DNA of 64,000 nucleotides, from contig DAIDHT010000014.1 of assembly GCA_027451945.1 (NCBI GenBank), positions 29,628 through 93,627 on the forward strand. The letters run 5' to 3'. The stretch is from Spirochaetales bacterium. Its GTDB lineage: Bacteria > Spirochaetota > Spirochaetia > JABEVK01. Positions 1 to 9,239 of the stretch are shown here, piece by piece. The notes beneath the pieces are model-generated. The model made no database searches and was not told the DNA's origin. It was given only the letters and a program-made list of their open reading frames with translations. The translations under genes were made by a program, and so were the position numbers. How positions within the stretch are numbered: position 1 is the stretch's first letter; each line of letters starts with the position of its first letter.

Positions 1-1715
1 TCTGTTAACAGGTGAATCTTGGCGACCATCTGCTGGAGCAACTCCTGTTGGTGATCTGAGAACGTCCATTCCGGCAGGGGGCCTTGCCGAAATGCCCCGG
101 CGGGCATCGGTCCATCGTAGAAACGGCGTGCCAGCGCCTCGATAGGAGCTGTGTTGCGAAAGTTGGTGTGCAGAACTTTGCTCTTGCCCAAGAAATCTAA
201 CCCTGCCCGCACAAAGGGCGAACGGCTTTGGTTTAAGTTCTGGCCTTCATCGGCAGCCAAAACAAAACCCCGTTTGGCAAGACTCCGTAAAATCTTGAGA
301 CGGACAGGGGGGAGGTCTTGTGCCTCATCAACCAACACGTAATCCACCTTCTGACTTTCTAAGGCTTCGGGGTACGAGGCGAGCATTTGAGCGGCCAAAA
401 CGGACGACAGTTGCTTGGTGTCCCGCATCTTTTGCGCAACCTGCTCCTGCTGAAGCCAAACTTCGCGGCGTTGGCTCTCGGTTAGTCGTTTTTTGTGGCC
501 GGACCGCTCGATGACACGGTATTCGTCCCAGGTTAGCTCCCAACCCCAAAGCAAGTGTTCACACTCAAACTTGAACTCGTTTTTATCGAGCGGGCCAGAA
601 CCAAGAATTTCTGCCAGCCAGGCCTCAGATTCCCACCGGTAATTGATACTGGATGCTAAGACCTCTTTTACTGCGTCATTCAAAAGAGAATCCACCGTTT
701 GAAACTCCGTCGTGGTAACCGAGCCGCCCAAAAGGCCAGATAGATAGGTACCATACCGGGTCATGGCGTTCGTATACGTCAGGAGTTTGAGCGTGGGCGT
801 AGGAGTTCCAAAATCCAAGGCATCAACCGGCGGTTCTAAAATCCGTTGGGCAAGTTTAAGTAAAACCAAAGATTTTCCGGTACCTGCCCCACCGCGAATT
901 AACGTATCGCGATCAAGGGGTAAGCGTTCAACCAGTTGCGCCTGTTCGGGCGTCAGGCGCAAAATTTGCTCTTCAAAGGCGCGTCGGGTTCGGGTGAGGT
1001 ACGTGAGTCGGCTGACCTGCGAAACATAGTCTTCTAGGGCGGCGGCGGCCGGCAAAACGGGCATCTGCTTGAGCTTTTTTTCCAGCTCAAAAATCTGCTG
1101 ACGTTTTGCATCAAAAGCGGCATCTTTTTCGGTCATCTTGTGACGGAGTCTCTCTAGCTCCGCATGGAGAACCCCTAATTCCGCCCGCAATTGCTTTGTT
1201 TCAAGCTCGTGGTCGCGCAGCTCCTCGTATTTAACCAGGATCTCTTGACGCTCGGCCACGGCCTGCTTCGCTCGAACCTGCAAAGCCTCCCATTCGGCTT
1301 TGTCGATCACCACTAAGGTGCGGTTTTTCCAATCATTGAACAACTGGGGGATGTCTTTAAATTCGGGGTCATTCTGTTTAACGGCATAGCCAAGAAAATC
1401 CCAAAAGGTCGACGCCGCCGCCTTGGCCATCTCCTTATCAAAAAAGGCAAACTGATGCCTGACATCGTTGGTCAGCTCATGCTCGGTGGTCAGCCGTCGC
1501 TTATCAAAAAACTTCGGGCGAGCCCCCGCTTTATTCGAAGAAGATTTCTGCTCGGTGCGAAGTTGAAAGTATTCATAAACGATATCAGCAAAACTGGATT
1601 GCCGATTGACTCGGTTGCCCAGCTCTTTTCTCATCAACGCTTCAGCTTGGGCATGAAGAGCCAAGATAAAAAAGCCATGATCCGCTTGTGACAGTTTAAT
1701 AAGGCGCTCAGACAT
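1..1715 (-). CDS. SF1 (UvrD/Rep-like) helicase with N-terminal helical domain and coiled coil; 3' end runs off the window
   Basis: Absent from the ORF track because it has no stop in the window. Manual translation from ATG 1715 (SD GGGAG): MSERLIKLSQ..., LTPEQ, Walker A GGAGTGKS, motif Ia LLTYTN, Walker B VLVDEAQD, ADEGQ, TNFRNT. Confidence 0.9.
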   Translation of the reverse strand, partial: MSERLIKLSQADHGFFILALHAQAEALMRKELGNRVNRQSSFADIVYEYFQLRTEQKSSSNKAGARPKFFDKRRLTTEHELTNDVRHQFAFFDKEMAKAAASTFWDFLGYAVKQNDPEFKDIPQLFNDWKNRTLVVIDKAEWEALQVRAKQAVAERQEILVKYEELRDHELETKQLRAELGVLHAELERLRHKMTEKDAAFDAKRQQIFELEKKLKQMPVLPAAAALEDYVSQVSRLTYLTRTRRAFEEQILRLTPEQAQLVERLPLDRDTLIRGGAGTGKSLVLLKLAQRILEPPVDALDFGTPTPTLKLLTYTNAMTRYGTYLSGLLGGSVTTTEFQTVDSLLNDAVKEVLASSINYRWESEAWLAEILGSGPLDKNEFKFECEHLLWGWELTWDEYRVIERSGHKKRLTESQRREVWLQQEQVAQKMRDTKQLSSVLAAQMLASYPEALESQKVDYVLVDEAQDLPPVRLKILRSLAKRGFVLAADEGQNLNQSRSPFVRAGLDFLGKSKVLHTNFRNTAPIEALARRFYDGPMPAGAFRQGPLPEWTFSDHQQELLQQMVAKIHLLT

Positions 1716-1743
1716 ACTTGCTCCCACAACTCATATTTTTAAC

Positions 1744-1773
1744 TGAGATCTGGCATTATGAGATCTGGTATTA
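1744..1773. repeat. 15-bp tandem duplication TGAGATCTGG(C/T)ATTA x2
   Basis: Read directly in the divergent intergenic region; 1 mismatch. Confidence 0.85.
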
Positions 1774-1825
1774 GTATAGATGAAAGACAAAATATTTGTC
1801 ATGCTTTGCCCCCAAAGAGGTCATC

Positions 1826-3112
1826 ATGTCCACCACCATATCTGACAAGCGTCCTTCGACGGGACGTATCCTGTTCGCCAGCTTGATTGGCACGACGATT
1901 GAGTTCTTTGACTTTTATATCTACGCCACGGCCGCCGTTCTGGTGTTTCCAAAGCTTTTCTTTCCCATGTCCGACCCCACCTCTGCCGTTCTCGAGTCGT
2001 TCGCGACCTTCGCTCTGGCCTTTTTCGCGCGGCCGATTGGCTCGGCCATTTTTGGCCACTTCGGCGATCGCATTGGTCGAAAGGCAACTTTAGTGGCGGC
2101 TTTGATGACTATGGGCCTGTCGACCGTGTTCATTGGCCTTTTACCAACCTATGCCAGCATCGGTGTTGCCGCCCCCCTGTTGCTTGCCTTGTGCCGCTTC
2201 GGTCAAGGTTTGGGTCTAGGGGGAGAATGGGGCGGCGCGGTTCTTTTGGCCCGCGAGTATGCCCCAGCACACCGACGCGGCTGGTTTGGAATGTTCCCCC
2301 AGTTGGGGGCTCCGTTAGGTTTCATCTTATCGAGCTCGGTCTTTTTGCTCCTCACCAACCTCTTGGGTGATCACGGTTTTTTTGCTTGGGGTTGGAGACT
2401 CCCCTTTATCATCAGTGCCCTACTCGTGCTTGTGGGGTTGTGGGTGCGCCTGAGGTTAGAAGAAACCCCCGAGTTTGCCGCATCAATGAAAGCCAACGAA
2501 AGGGTCAAGGTTCCCCTTGCAAGAGTGTTTTCACACCATTCACTCCCCCTGGTGCTCGGTATTTTGGCCGCTGTGGCAACTTTTGTTTTGTTTTACTTAA
2601 TGACTGTTTTTGCTCTGAGCTGGGGCACAACAGCCTTACACTTCCCCAGGTCAGGGTTTTTAACCGCACAAATGATTGGCGTGGCTTTCTTTGGTCTAGG
2701 CATTCCCATCGCCGCCTGGGCCGCAGACCGCTTTGGAGCCAAGCGCATCTTGGTCATAGCAACGGTCCTTATCTTGGTTTTTGGGTTAGTCTTTGCGCCG
2801 TTATTCGCCTGGCGCGCTGGCGACGCTGTCGTATTTCTGGTAATCGGGCTCTTTTTGATGGGGCTGACGTACGGTCCTTTAGGAACAGGTCTAGCCGAGC
2901 TATTCCCAACCCCAATCCGTTATACGGGGATTTCGTTGGCTTTCAATTTTGCTGGCATTCTCGGTGCCTCGGTCGCCCCCTATATTGCCACTTCGCTTGC
3001 CAAAAGCTACGGTCTGGCGGCTGTCGGCTACTATTTGTCGGGAGCAGCCCTGTTAACCTTGCTCGCTTTGTTGGCTATGAGGAAGACTCCTGAAAAGCCT
3101 GTTCACTCATAA
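1826..3112 (+). CDS. MFS metabolite:H+ symporter (MHS family, ShiA-like)
   Basis: GTTIEFFDFYIY, GHFGDRIGRK, GLGGEWGGA, WGWRLPF, ETPEF; about 12 TM segments. Start moved to ATG 1826 after AAGAGG. Confidence 0.92.
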   Translation: MSTTISDKRPSTGRILFASLIGTTIEFFDFYIYATAAVLVFPKLFFPMSDPTSAVLESFATFALAFFARPIGSAIFGHFGDRIGRKATLVAALMTMGLSTVFIGLLPTYASIGVAAPLLLALCRFGQGLGLGGEWGGAVLLAREYAPAHRRGWFGMFPQLGAPLGFILSSSVFLLLTNLLGDHGFFAWGWRLPFIISALLVLVGLWVRLRLEETPEFAASMKANERVKVPLARVFSHHSLPLVLGILAAVATFVLFYLMTVFALSWGTTALHFPRSGFLTAQMIGVAFFGLGIPIAAWAADRFGAKRILVIATVLILVFGLVFAPLFAWRAGDAVVFLVIGLFLMGLTYGPLGTGLAELFPTPIRYTGISLAFNFAGILGASVAPYIATSLAKSYGLAAVGYYLSGAALLTLLALLAMRKTPEKPVHS

Positions 3113-3124
3113 GCCTGTTCACTC
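3095..3124. repeat. 14-bp direct repeat AAGCCTGTTCACTC x2 (16-bp period)
   Basis: Read directly; spans the convergent stops of the MFS gene and kdpE. Confidence 0.9.
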
Positions 3125-3799
3125 GTAGAAACGGTACCCCACCCCCACTTCCGTGTGAATGAACTGGGTATGGGTGGGATGCCGTTCCAGCTTCTTTTGC
3201 AAGCCCGCCATTAAAATTTTCACGTAGTGCCGTTGGTCGAGCGACTCCTGGCCCCAAACCTCTTTTAACAAAAAAGCGGTGGTCAGGATCTTTCCGGGGT
3301 GGCGGGCCATGACCATTAACAGCTTCCATTCGAGGGCTGTCACATGGATCTCGTTTTGCGCCAAGAAGACCCGACGGGCCGAGATGTCCAAGACGAGGTC
3401 AGCAAAGGTTTTTTGAGGTTCGGTAGCGGAAGGGGTCACGCGCCTTAACGACGCTTTGATCCGCGCTTTGAGTTCCGCAAGGCCCAAGGGCTTAGTCACG
3501 TAGTCATCGGCCCCCGCCTCCAAGGCTCGTACCTTTTCGGTTTCTTGATCGCGGGCCGAGATGACAATCAAAGGAGCACTACTTATCGCTTTGAATTGTG
3601 GAATCAACAGGGTTCCATCGGCATCGGGCAACCCCAAATCGAGAAGGACCACGTCAGGTTTGAGGCTTGCCGCCAACGCCAAACCGGCATCTCCCCGGGC
3701 GGTTTCTTCGCAAAGCCACCCGACTTCTTTGAGATGAACTCGCAACAGCCGCCGAATTGGTTCATCATCTTCAATGATGAGAATGCGCCCTGATTCCAT
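3119..3799 (-). CDS. kdpE: Response regulator KdpE
   Basis: Receiver domain (IEDD, LDLGLPD, YVTKP) plus OmpR winged helix (TEVGVGYRF); follows kdpD. Start ATG 3799 (SD GAGGA) preferred over GTG 3820. Confidence 0.93.
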   Translation of the reverse strand: MESGRILIIEDDEPIRRLLRVHLKEVGWLCEETARGDAGLALAASLKPDVVLLDLGLPDADGTLLIPQFKAISSAPLIVISARDQETEKVRALEAGADDYVTKPLGLAELKARIKASLRRVTPSATEPQKTFADLVLDISARRVFLAQNEIHVTALEWKLLMVMARHPGKILTTAFLLKEVWGQESLDQRHYVKILMAGLQKKLERHPTHTQFIHTEVGVGYRFYE

Positions 3800-3809
3800 A
3801 CCATCCTCT

Positions 3810-3842
3810 TTTTTATCCACGCCAGATTTTTATCCACGCCAG
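3810..3842. repeat. 16-bp direct repeat TTTTTATCCACGCCAG x2 (17-bp period)
   Basis: Read directly at the kdpD-kdpE junction. Confidence 0.9.
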
Positions 3843-3843
3843 G

Positions 3844-6534
3844 TTATCCAAGGGAAGGAGCCGCCGTGAGGGGCAGCTCAAACCAAAACTCGGCGCCCCC
3901 ACCACCACGGTCACTCACGCCCGAAGTGCCCCCGTGCAGATCAACGGCCGCCGCCACGATGGCCAAGCCTAACCCCGTCCCGCGAACCGCACTGGCTTTT
4001 TGGCTCGCTGACCCACGAACGAACTTTTGAAACACAAGGTGCTTTTCTGCCTCGGGAACACCGGGTCCCCGATCTTGCACCGAAAATCGTACCACCTGTT
4101 GTCGGGTTTCTAACACTAAATCAATAACCTGTTCCCCGCTATAGAGCGCCGCGTTCTCAAGCAGGTTAAACAACGAACGTTCAATAAGCAGAGGGTCGAC
4201 AAAAACCAACGGTAAGTCCGAAGGCAAGTGAAGCCGAACTTCGGGCTGGGGAAAGAATTCCCTAAAGCGGGCGAGCGCCGAGTACATCAGGTCTTCGGCG
4301 GGAACTTGCTCCTTGCGGGGGGACAAGACGCCGTCCGACAACCGGGTCAGGTCAAGCAAGTTATCGACTTGACGGGCCAGCCAATGGGACTCTTGCTCTA
4401 CCGAGGCTAAGGCCGCTTTATCTTCCTTCGACAAACGTTGCTCACTCGACGCCAGCAAGTCCGACAGGGTCCCGATCATCACCGTTAACGGGGTTCTCAG
4501 GTCATGTGAAAGGCCGTGCAGTAATGCATTACGGCTCTTTTCGGTAGCCACCGCCAGCGCATTCTTTTGGTTTTCTTGGTCCAGGAGCACCCGTTCCAGC
4601 GCCAGGGTGATCGCTCCCGCCAGGGCTTCGGCCAGAACACTGCGCTCGGAGGCCCAGGACTGTTCGGCCTGGCGTTCGACGGCCAGGACACCCACAACAC
4701 CCCTCGTGCCCTGGAGGGGCAGAACCAGCTTGTCGGCTTGGGCCAAGGTCCCCGTTCCCCACCCCGCTTTTTGACCGTTTTGAAACACCCAGGTAAAAAC
4801 AGCCGTGTCTTTCGCGCCAAAAAGCGTTGGAACACCTTCAACCAGGGACTCCCAGAGACGTTCAGAGTTGGCCCCTTCGTGTGGCAGTAAGACATGCACC
4901 CTTGTTTCTAAAATTTGCGACAGCATCGTCTCGGCTTCCCTGACCACTTCTTCACGGCCCGCGCATTTTGACAGGTTGCGGCTCAGGCGGTACAAAGCCT
5001 CCATGCGTTGTTCGCGCGCTCGCGAAGACTTAATCTGGGCCTTGAGCCGTTCGGCCAAAGTCCCAATCACCGTGCCGACAATCAACAAGAACAAGAACAC
5101 CAAGTAGTACTGCGGGTCGTACACCATAAACGAATACAGAGGTAGAGTAAAAAAGTAGTTGAACGTCAGCACCATGAGGAGCGAAGCAAAAACACTGGCG
5201 GCCAAACCAAACAGCCCGGCCGTCAAGACGACGCCTAATAAAAGGGTTAAGACGATGTTGGCTTCGACCATTCCCAGGTGCCGAAAAACAACGGCCGCGC
5301 CTGTAAACCCCGCACAGATGGCGATTGTCCACCACGCGCTCCGCCACGTCAGTCCCACTGTTGTTCGTTGCTTTAGCTTTCGCTCTTCGGAGCGCCCTCC
5401 CATCACGTACAAATCGATATCACCACTCAGGCGCAACAGCTCGTCGCCAATCGTTCGCTTGAACACCCGCACCCAGCCGGGGTCACGGTTTTTTCCCAGC
5501 ACCATCTTGGTAACGTTGCGGAGCCGGGCATAGGCCACAAGATCGCGAGCGACCTCCTCCCCCTGCAAGATGACGGTTTCAGCTCCCAGATTTTCGGCGA
5601 CCGCCAGGTTATGTTCTAACTGATCTTTAGAACGCTGGTCTAAAACGCGAGTACGCGGGGTCTCGATGTATACTGCCAAAAGGTCGGCACCCCACCGGGC
5701 CGCCATTCGCGAGGCCGCGCGTAAAAGATCCTCTGACGTGGGGCTGGGGCTGACCGACACCATCAAGCGTTCTCGTACAGGCCACACCGCTTCGACGCGC
5801 CCCCGAGAACGGGCCGTATCGACATCCTGCCCTACCCGATCAGCCGCCCTCCGGAGCGTGATTTCCCGCAGGGCCAAAAGGTTGTCACGACGAAAGAAAC
5901 CGCGCAAGGCTCGTTCTGCCTGTTCTGGGGAATAAATCTTACCCTGCTTGAGGCGCTCTAAAAGTTCTTCGGGGGCCAGGTCCACGACCTCAACTTCGTC
6001 GGACCGATCAAAGACAGCATCAGGAATGGTTTCACGAACCTGAATGCCCGTGATTCTGGCCACAATATCATTCATGGAATCCAGGTGCTGAATGTTGAGG
6101 GTTGTCCAAACTTCAACCCCCTGGCGCAACAGTTCCTCGACGTCCTGCCAGCGCTTTTCATGGCGAAGGCCCGGGGCATTCGTATGGGCCAGTTCATCCA
6201 AAAGGACGACCCGAGGATGGCGAGCCAAACACGCATCCAAATCAAACTCTCGCAGCGTCAGCCCTCGGTGAAGGATCTGCTTCGCGGGTAAGGCTTCTAA
6301 GCCCTCGGTCAACTCTGCCGTTTCGGGCCGAGCGTGAGGTTCCACCCAACCAATAACGACGTCAGACTCAGCCGACCGAGCAGCCTGCGCGGCCTGAAGC
6401 ATCGCAAAGGTTTTGCCCACACCAGCGGCATACCCTAAAAAGATTTTGAGTCGTCCCCGGGGGGAATCCTGTGGACTCAGTGAGGCTAACAATTGATCCG
6501 GATCGGGACGGTCGAACGAAGAAGAATCCGCCAT
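3844..6534 (-). CDS. kdpD: Sensor histidine kinase KdpD
   Basis: RGRLKIFLGYAAGVGKTFAML, LDELAHTN, USP domain, 4 TM, GAF, SHDLRTPL H-box, HATPase GTGLGL. Confidence 0.97.
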   Translation of the reverse strand: MADSSSFDRPDPDQLLASLSPQDSPRGRLKIFLGYAAGVGKTFAMLQAAQAARSAESDVVIGWVEPHARPETAELTEGLEALPAKQILHRGLTLREFDLDACLARHPRVVLLDELAHTNAPGLRHEKRWQDVEELLRQGVEVWTTLNIQHLDSMNDIVARITGIQVRETIPDAVFDRSDEVEVVDLAPEELLERLKQGKIYSPEQAERALRGFFRRDNLLALREITLRRAADRVGQDVDTARSRGRVEAVWPVRERLMVSVSPSPTSEDLLRAASRMAARWGADLLAVYIETPRTRVLDQRSKDQLEHNLAVAENLGAETVILQGEEVARDLVAYARLRNVTKMVLGKNRDPGWVRVFKRTIGDELLRLSGDIDLYVMGGRSEERKLKQRTTVGLTWRSAWWTIAICAGFTGAAVVFRHLGMVEANIVLTLLLGVVLTAGLFGLAASVFASLLMVLTFNYFFTLPLYSFMVYDPQYYLVFLFLLIVGTVIGTLAERLKAQIKSSRAREQRMEALYRLSRNLSKCAGREEVVREAETMLSQILETRVHVLLPHEGANSERLWESLVEGVPTLFGAKDTAVFTWVFQNGQKAGWGTGTLAQADKLVLPLQGTRGVVGVLAVERQAEQSWASERSVLAEALAGAITLALERVLLDQENQKNALAVATEKSRNALLHGLSHDLRTPLTVMIGTLSDLLASSEQRLSKEDKAALASVEQESHWLARQVDNLLDLTRLSDGVLSPRKEQVPAEDLMYSALARFREFFPQPEVRLHLPSDLPLVFVDPLLIERSLFNLLENAALYSGEQVIDLVLETRQQVVRFSVQDRGPGVPEAEKHLVFQKFVRGSASQKASAVRGTGLGLAIVAAAVDLHGGTSGVSDRGGGGAEFWFELPLTAAPSLG

Positions 6535-6535
6535 G

Positions 6536-6573
6536 ATACTCTCTGTGTTCCCTTATACTCTCTTTGTTACCTT
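6536..6573. repeat. 19-bp tandem duplication ATACTCTCT(G/T)TGTT(C/A)CCTT x2
   Basis: Read directly at the kdpC-kdpD junction; 2 mismatches. Confidence 0.8.
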
Positions 6574-7154
6574 GACGGTGCCCTTCTGTCGAGGGCCAGG
6601 TTCAACTCCAGAACATTGACAAAAGCGGGCGGGTCCCAAGGAAACACTGGCCTCACGGCGTGTGACTCGACCAAAGCCCGCAGGGTGGCTGGATCAAGGT
6701 GGCGTTCGTGGGCCACAAGGGGCACCTGCCACAGAGCAGCGCCCAGGTCGAGGTCGGGGTCAAGGCCGCTGGCCGAGGCTGTCACGAGGGCTTCGGGCAC
6801 TGCGGTGGTCACGCCAACGGAAGCCGCTCTGTCCGCCCAGGCGTCCCGCAACTTGGCAACGTTGTCCTGAAAGGCTTTGCCGACGACCGTGAGGTTCGAG
6901 CCACCAGACGCTAAAGGGTTGTAAGGATGGTCGCCCGTCGCCGAGGGTCTACCAACAAAATAGCCGGGTATCGTGGAAAAATCCTGACCTAGGAGGCTCG
7001 AACCGACGATGCGACCTTGGAACGAGACAAGTGAACCGTTGGCCTGCACGGGAAACAACACCTGCGCGAGCCCTGTCACGACCAAAGGGTAGGCGATACC
7101 AAGCACGATGGTAGTCCAGAGGACCAAACGTAGACTAATTCCAAGAGTTTTCAT
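6567..7154 (-). CDS. kdpC: K+-transporting ATPase subunit C
   Basis: YPLVVTG, GSSLLGQ, ASGGSN, SASGLDP, VNVLELNLALD. Confidence 0.96.
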   Translation of the reverse strand: MKTLGISLRLVLWTTIVLGIAYPLVVTGLAQVLFPVQANGSLVSFQGRIVGSSLLGQDFSTIPGYFVGRPSATGDHPYNPLASGGSNLTVVGKAFQDNVAKLRDAWADRAASVGVTTAVPEALVTASASGLDPDLDLGAALWQVPLVAHERHLDPATLRALVESHAVRPVFPWDPPAFVNVLELNLALDRRAPSR

Positions 7155-7155
7155 G

Positions 7156-9216
7156 TTAGACCTTTCCTGTCAAAAGGATGTCAATGAGCTTGATGCCCAC
7201 AAAGGGCAGAGCTAATCCCCCCAAGCCGTAGACGAGGAGGTTTTTTCGCAGAAGATGGATAGCCGACTGGGCTTTGTAGGCAACCCCTTTCAGAGCGAGT
7301 GGAATGAGCGCGGGGATGACTAGGGCGTTAAAGATAACCGCCGAAAGAATCGCCGACGCTGGCGAGCTCAGGTGCATGATATTCAAGGCCGCTAACCCCG
7401 GGTAGGTCACCAGAAACATCGCGGGAAGAATGGCAAAGTACTTGGCGATGTCGTTGGCAATACTGAAGGTCGTTAACGACCCCCGGGTGATAAGCATCTG
7501 TTTGCCCACGAGGACGACCTCGGTCAGCTTGGTAGGGTTCGAGTCAAGGTCGACCATGTTGCCGGCTTCTTTGGCCGCTTGGGTACCCGAGTTCATCGCG
7601 ACCGCAACGTCGGCCTGAGCCAGCGCCGGTGCGTCGTTGGTTCCGTCGCCCGTCATGGCGACCATGTGCCCCTCGGCCTGGTACTTGCGAATCAGGGCCA
7701 GCTTGTCTTCGGGCTTGGCCTCGGCCAAGAAGTCGTCCACCCCGGCCTCGGCCGCAATGGTGGCAGCCGTCATAGGGTTGTCCCCCGTGATCATAATGGT
7801 TTTGATTCCCATCTCGCGCAAGTCCGCAAAACGATCTTTTATCCCTTGCTTAACAATGTCCTTGAGGACGACGACACCCAGCACCTGAGCATCACGCGCC
7901 ACCACGAGCGGGGTGGCCCCGGCCCGAGCGGCAGCGTCAGCCAGACCCCGCACCTGCTCGGGGAAGCGTCCGCCTAGGGATGCGACCCAGGCTTCGATGG
8001 CACTAAGGGCCCCTTTGCGGTACGCCGAGCCGTTCCAATCCAGCCCGCTCATCCGAGTCTGTGCCGAAAAGGGAATCGCTTTATGCTCCTTGCCAGCGAA
8101 CGAGGGCGAGGGAATATGGAACTGCCGTTTAGCCAACGTCACGATACTGCGGCCCTCGGGGGTCTCGTCGGCCCACGACGCTAGGTACGCTGCCTGTGCC
8201 AACTCGGACGGTTCCACCTGAGGAGCGCCAAGAAACTCGTGGGCCATCCGGTTGCCGAGCGTGATGGTACCGGTTTTGTCCAACAGGAGCACATCAACAT
8301 CGCCGGCCGCCTCTACAGCCCGTCCGGAGGTAGCTAAGACGTTGACCGCCGACAACCGGTTCATCCCGGCAATCCCGATGGTCGACAACAGCGCACCAAT
8401 CGTTGTGGGCGCAAGACACACAAAGAGCGCCACCAGCGAGGTCAGGCTCACCACTTTTCCCGAACCTGACTGGGCAACCGCGTACTGGCTGAACGGCAAG
8501 AGCGTGGCTGTTACCACCAAAAAGATGAGCGTCAACGCGACCAACAAGATCGTCAAGGCGATTTCGTTGGGTGTCTTTTTACGCGCCGAGCCCTCGACGA
8601 GTGCGATCATGCGGTCCAAAAAGCCCTGACCAGGGTCGGCGCTCACGCGGACAATCAGCCGGTCCGACAGCACCTTGGTACCGCCAGTGACCGAACTACG
8701 GTCGCCTCCGGCTTCGCGGATCACAGGGGCACTTTCGCCGGTCACCGCACTTTCGTCCACGCTGGCCGCGCCCAACACGATCTCGCCGTCGGCGGGAACC
8801 AGCGTCCCGGCCTCGACGAGAATTAGGTCCCCCCTGTGCAGAGCTGACGAGCCCACGGTTTCGCCCGCGGACGCCCAGTCGGCCGTCTTGAGGCGGAGCG
8901 ATTGAACTTCACCGCGCGTTTTTCGCAGCTCGCTAGCCTGGGCCTTGCCTCGACCTTCGGCCAGAGCTTCAGAAAAGTTCGAGAACAAAACGGTGAACCA
9001 CAGCCACAGTGCCACGGCGAGGATAAAACCACTCCCCATCCCAGAATCGCTTACCCCGAAGAACGAGGCAACCCAAAACCCCGTGGTCAAAAGCGAGCCT
9101 ACCCAAACGGTGAACATCACAGGGTTCTTGATTTGCACGTTAGGTTTGAGTTTAACAAACGTCTGAGCTAACGCATCCCAGAACAGTTCCTTGGTCAAAA
9201 CAGCTTTTGCTTTCAT
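7156..9216 (-). CDS. kdpB: K+-transporting P-type ATPase subunit B
   Basis: [30 protein letters not shown]. Confidence 0.98.
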   Translation of the reverse strand: MKAKAVLTKELFWDALAQTFVKLKPNVQIKNPVMFTVWVGSLLTTGFWVASFFGVSDSGMGSGFILAVALWLWFTVLFSNFSEALAEGRGKAQASELRKTRGEVQSLRLKTADWASAGETVGSSALHRGDLILVEAGTLVPADGEIVLGAASVDESAVTGESAPVIREAGGDRSSVTGGTKVLSDRLIVRVSADPGQGFLDRMIALVEGSARKKTPNEIALTILLVALTLIFLVVTATLLPFSQYAVAQSGSGKVVSLTSLVALFVCLAPTTIGALLSTIGIAGMNRLSAVNVLATSGRAVEAAGDVDVLLLDKTGTITLGNRMAHEFLGAPQVEPSELAQAAYLASWADETPEGRSIVTLAKRQFHIPSPSFAGKEHKAIPFSAQTRMSGLDWNGSAYRKGALSAIEAWVASLGGRFPEQVRGLADAAARAGATPLVVARDAQVLGVVVLKDIVKQGIKDRFADLREMGIKTIMITGDNPMTAATIAAEAGVDDFLAEAKPEDKLALIRKYQAEGHMVAMTGDGTNDAPALAQADVAVAMNSGTQAAKEAGNMVDLDSNPTKLTEVVLVGKQMLITRGSLTTFSIANDIAKYFAILPAMFLVTYPGLAALNIMHLSSPASAILSAVIFNALVIPALIPLALKGVAYKAQSAIHLLRKNLLVYGLGGLALPFVGIKLIDILLTGKV

Positions 9217-9239
9217 ACGTACTCCTTACGAAACATTCC

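Noticed and set aside
3812-3850. DnaA boxes / origin (TTATCCAC x2; also TTGTCCAC at 46612-46638)
   Set aside because: 8/9 matches that arise from local duplications; no unwinding element or dnaA context.
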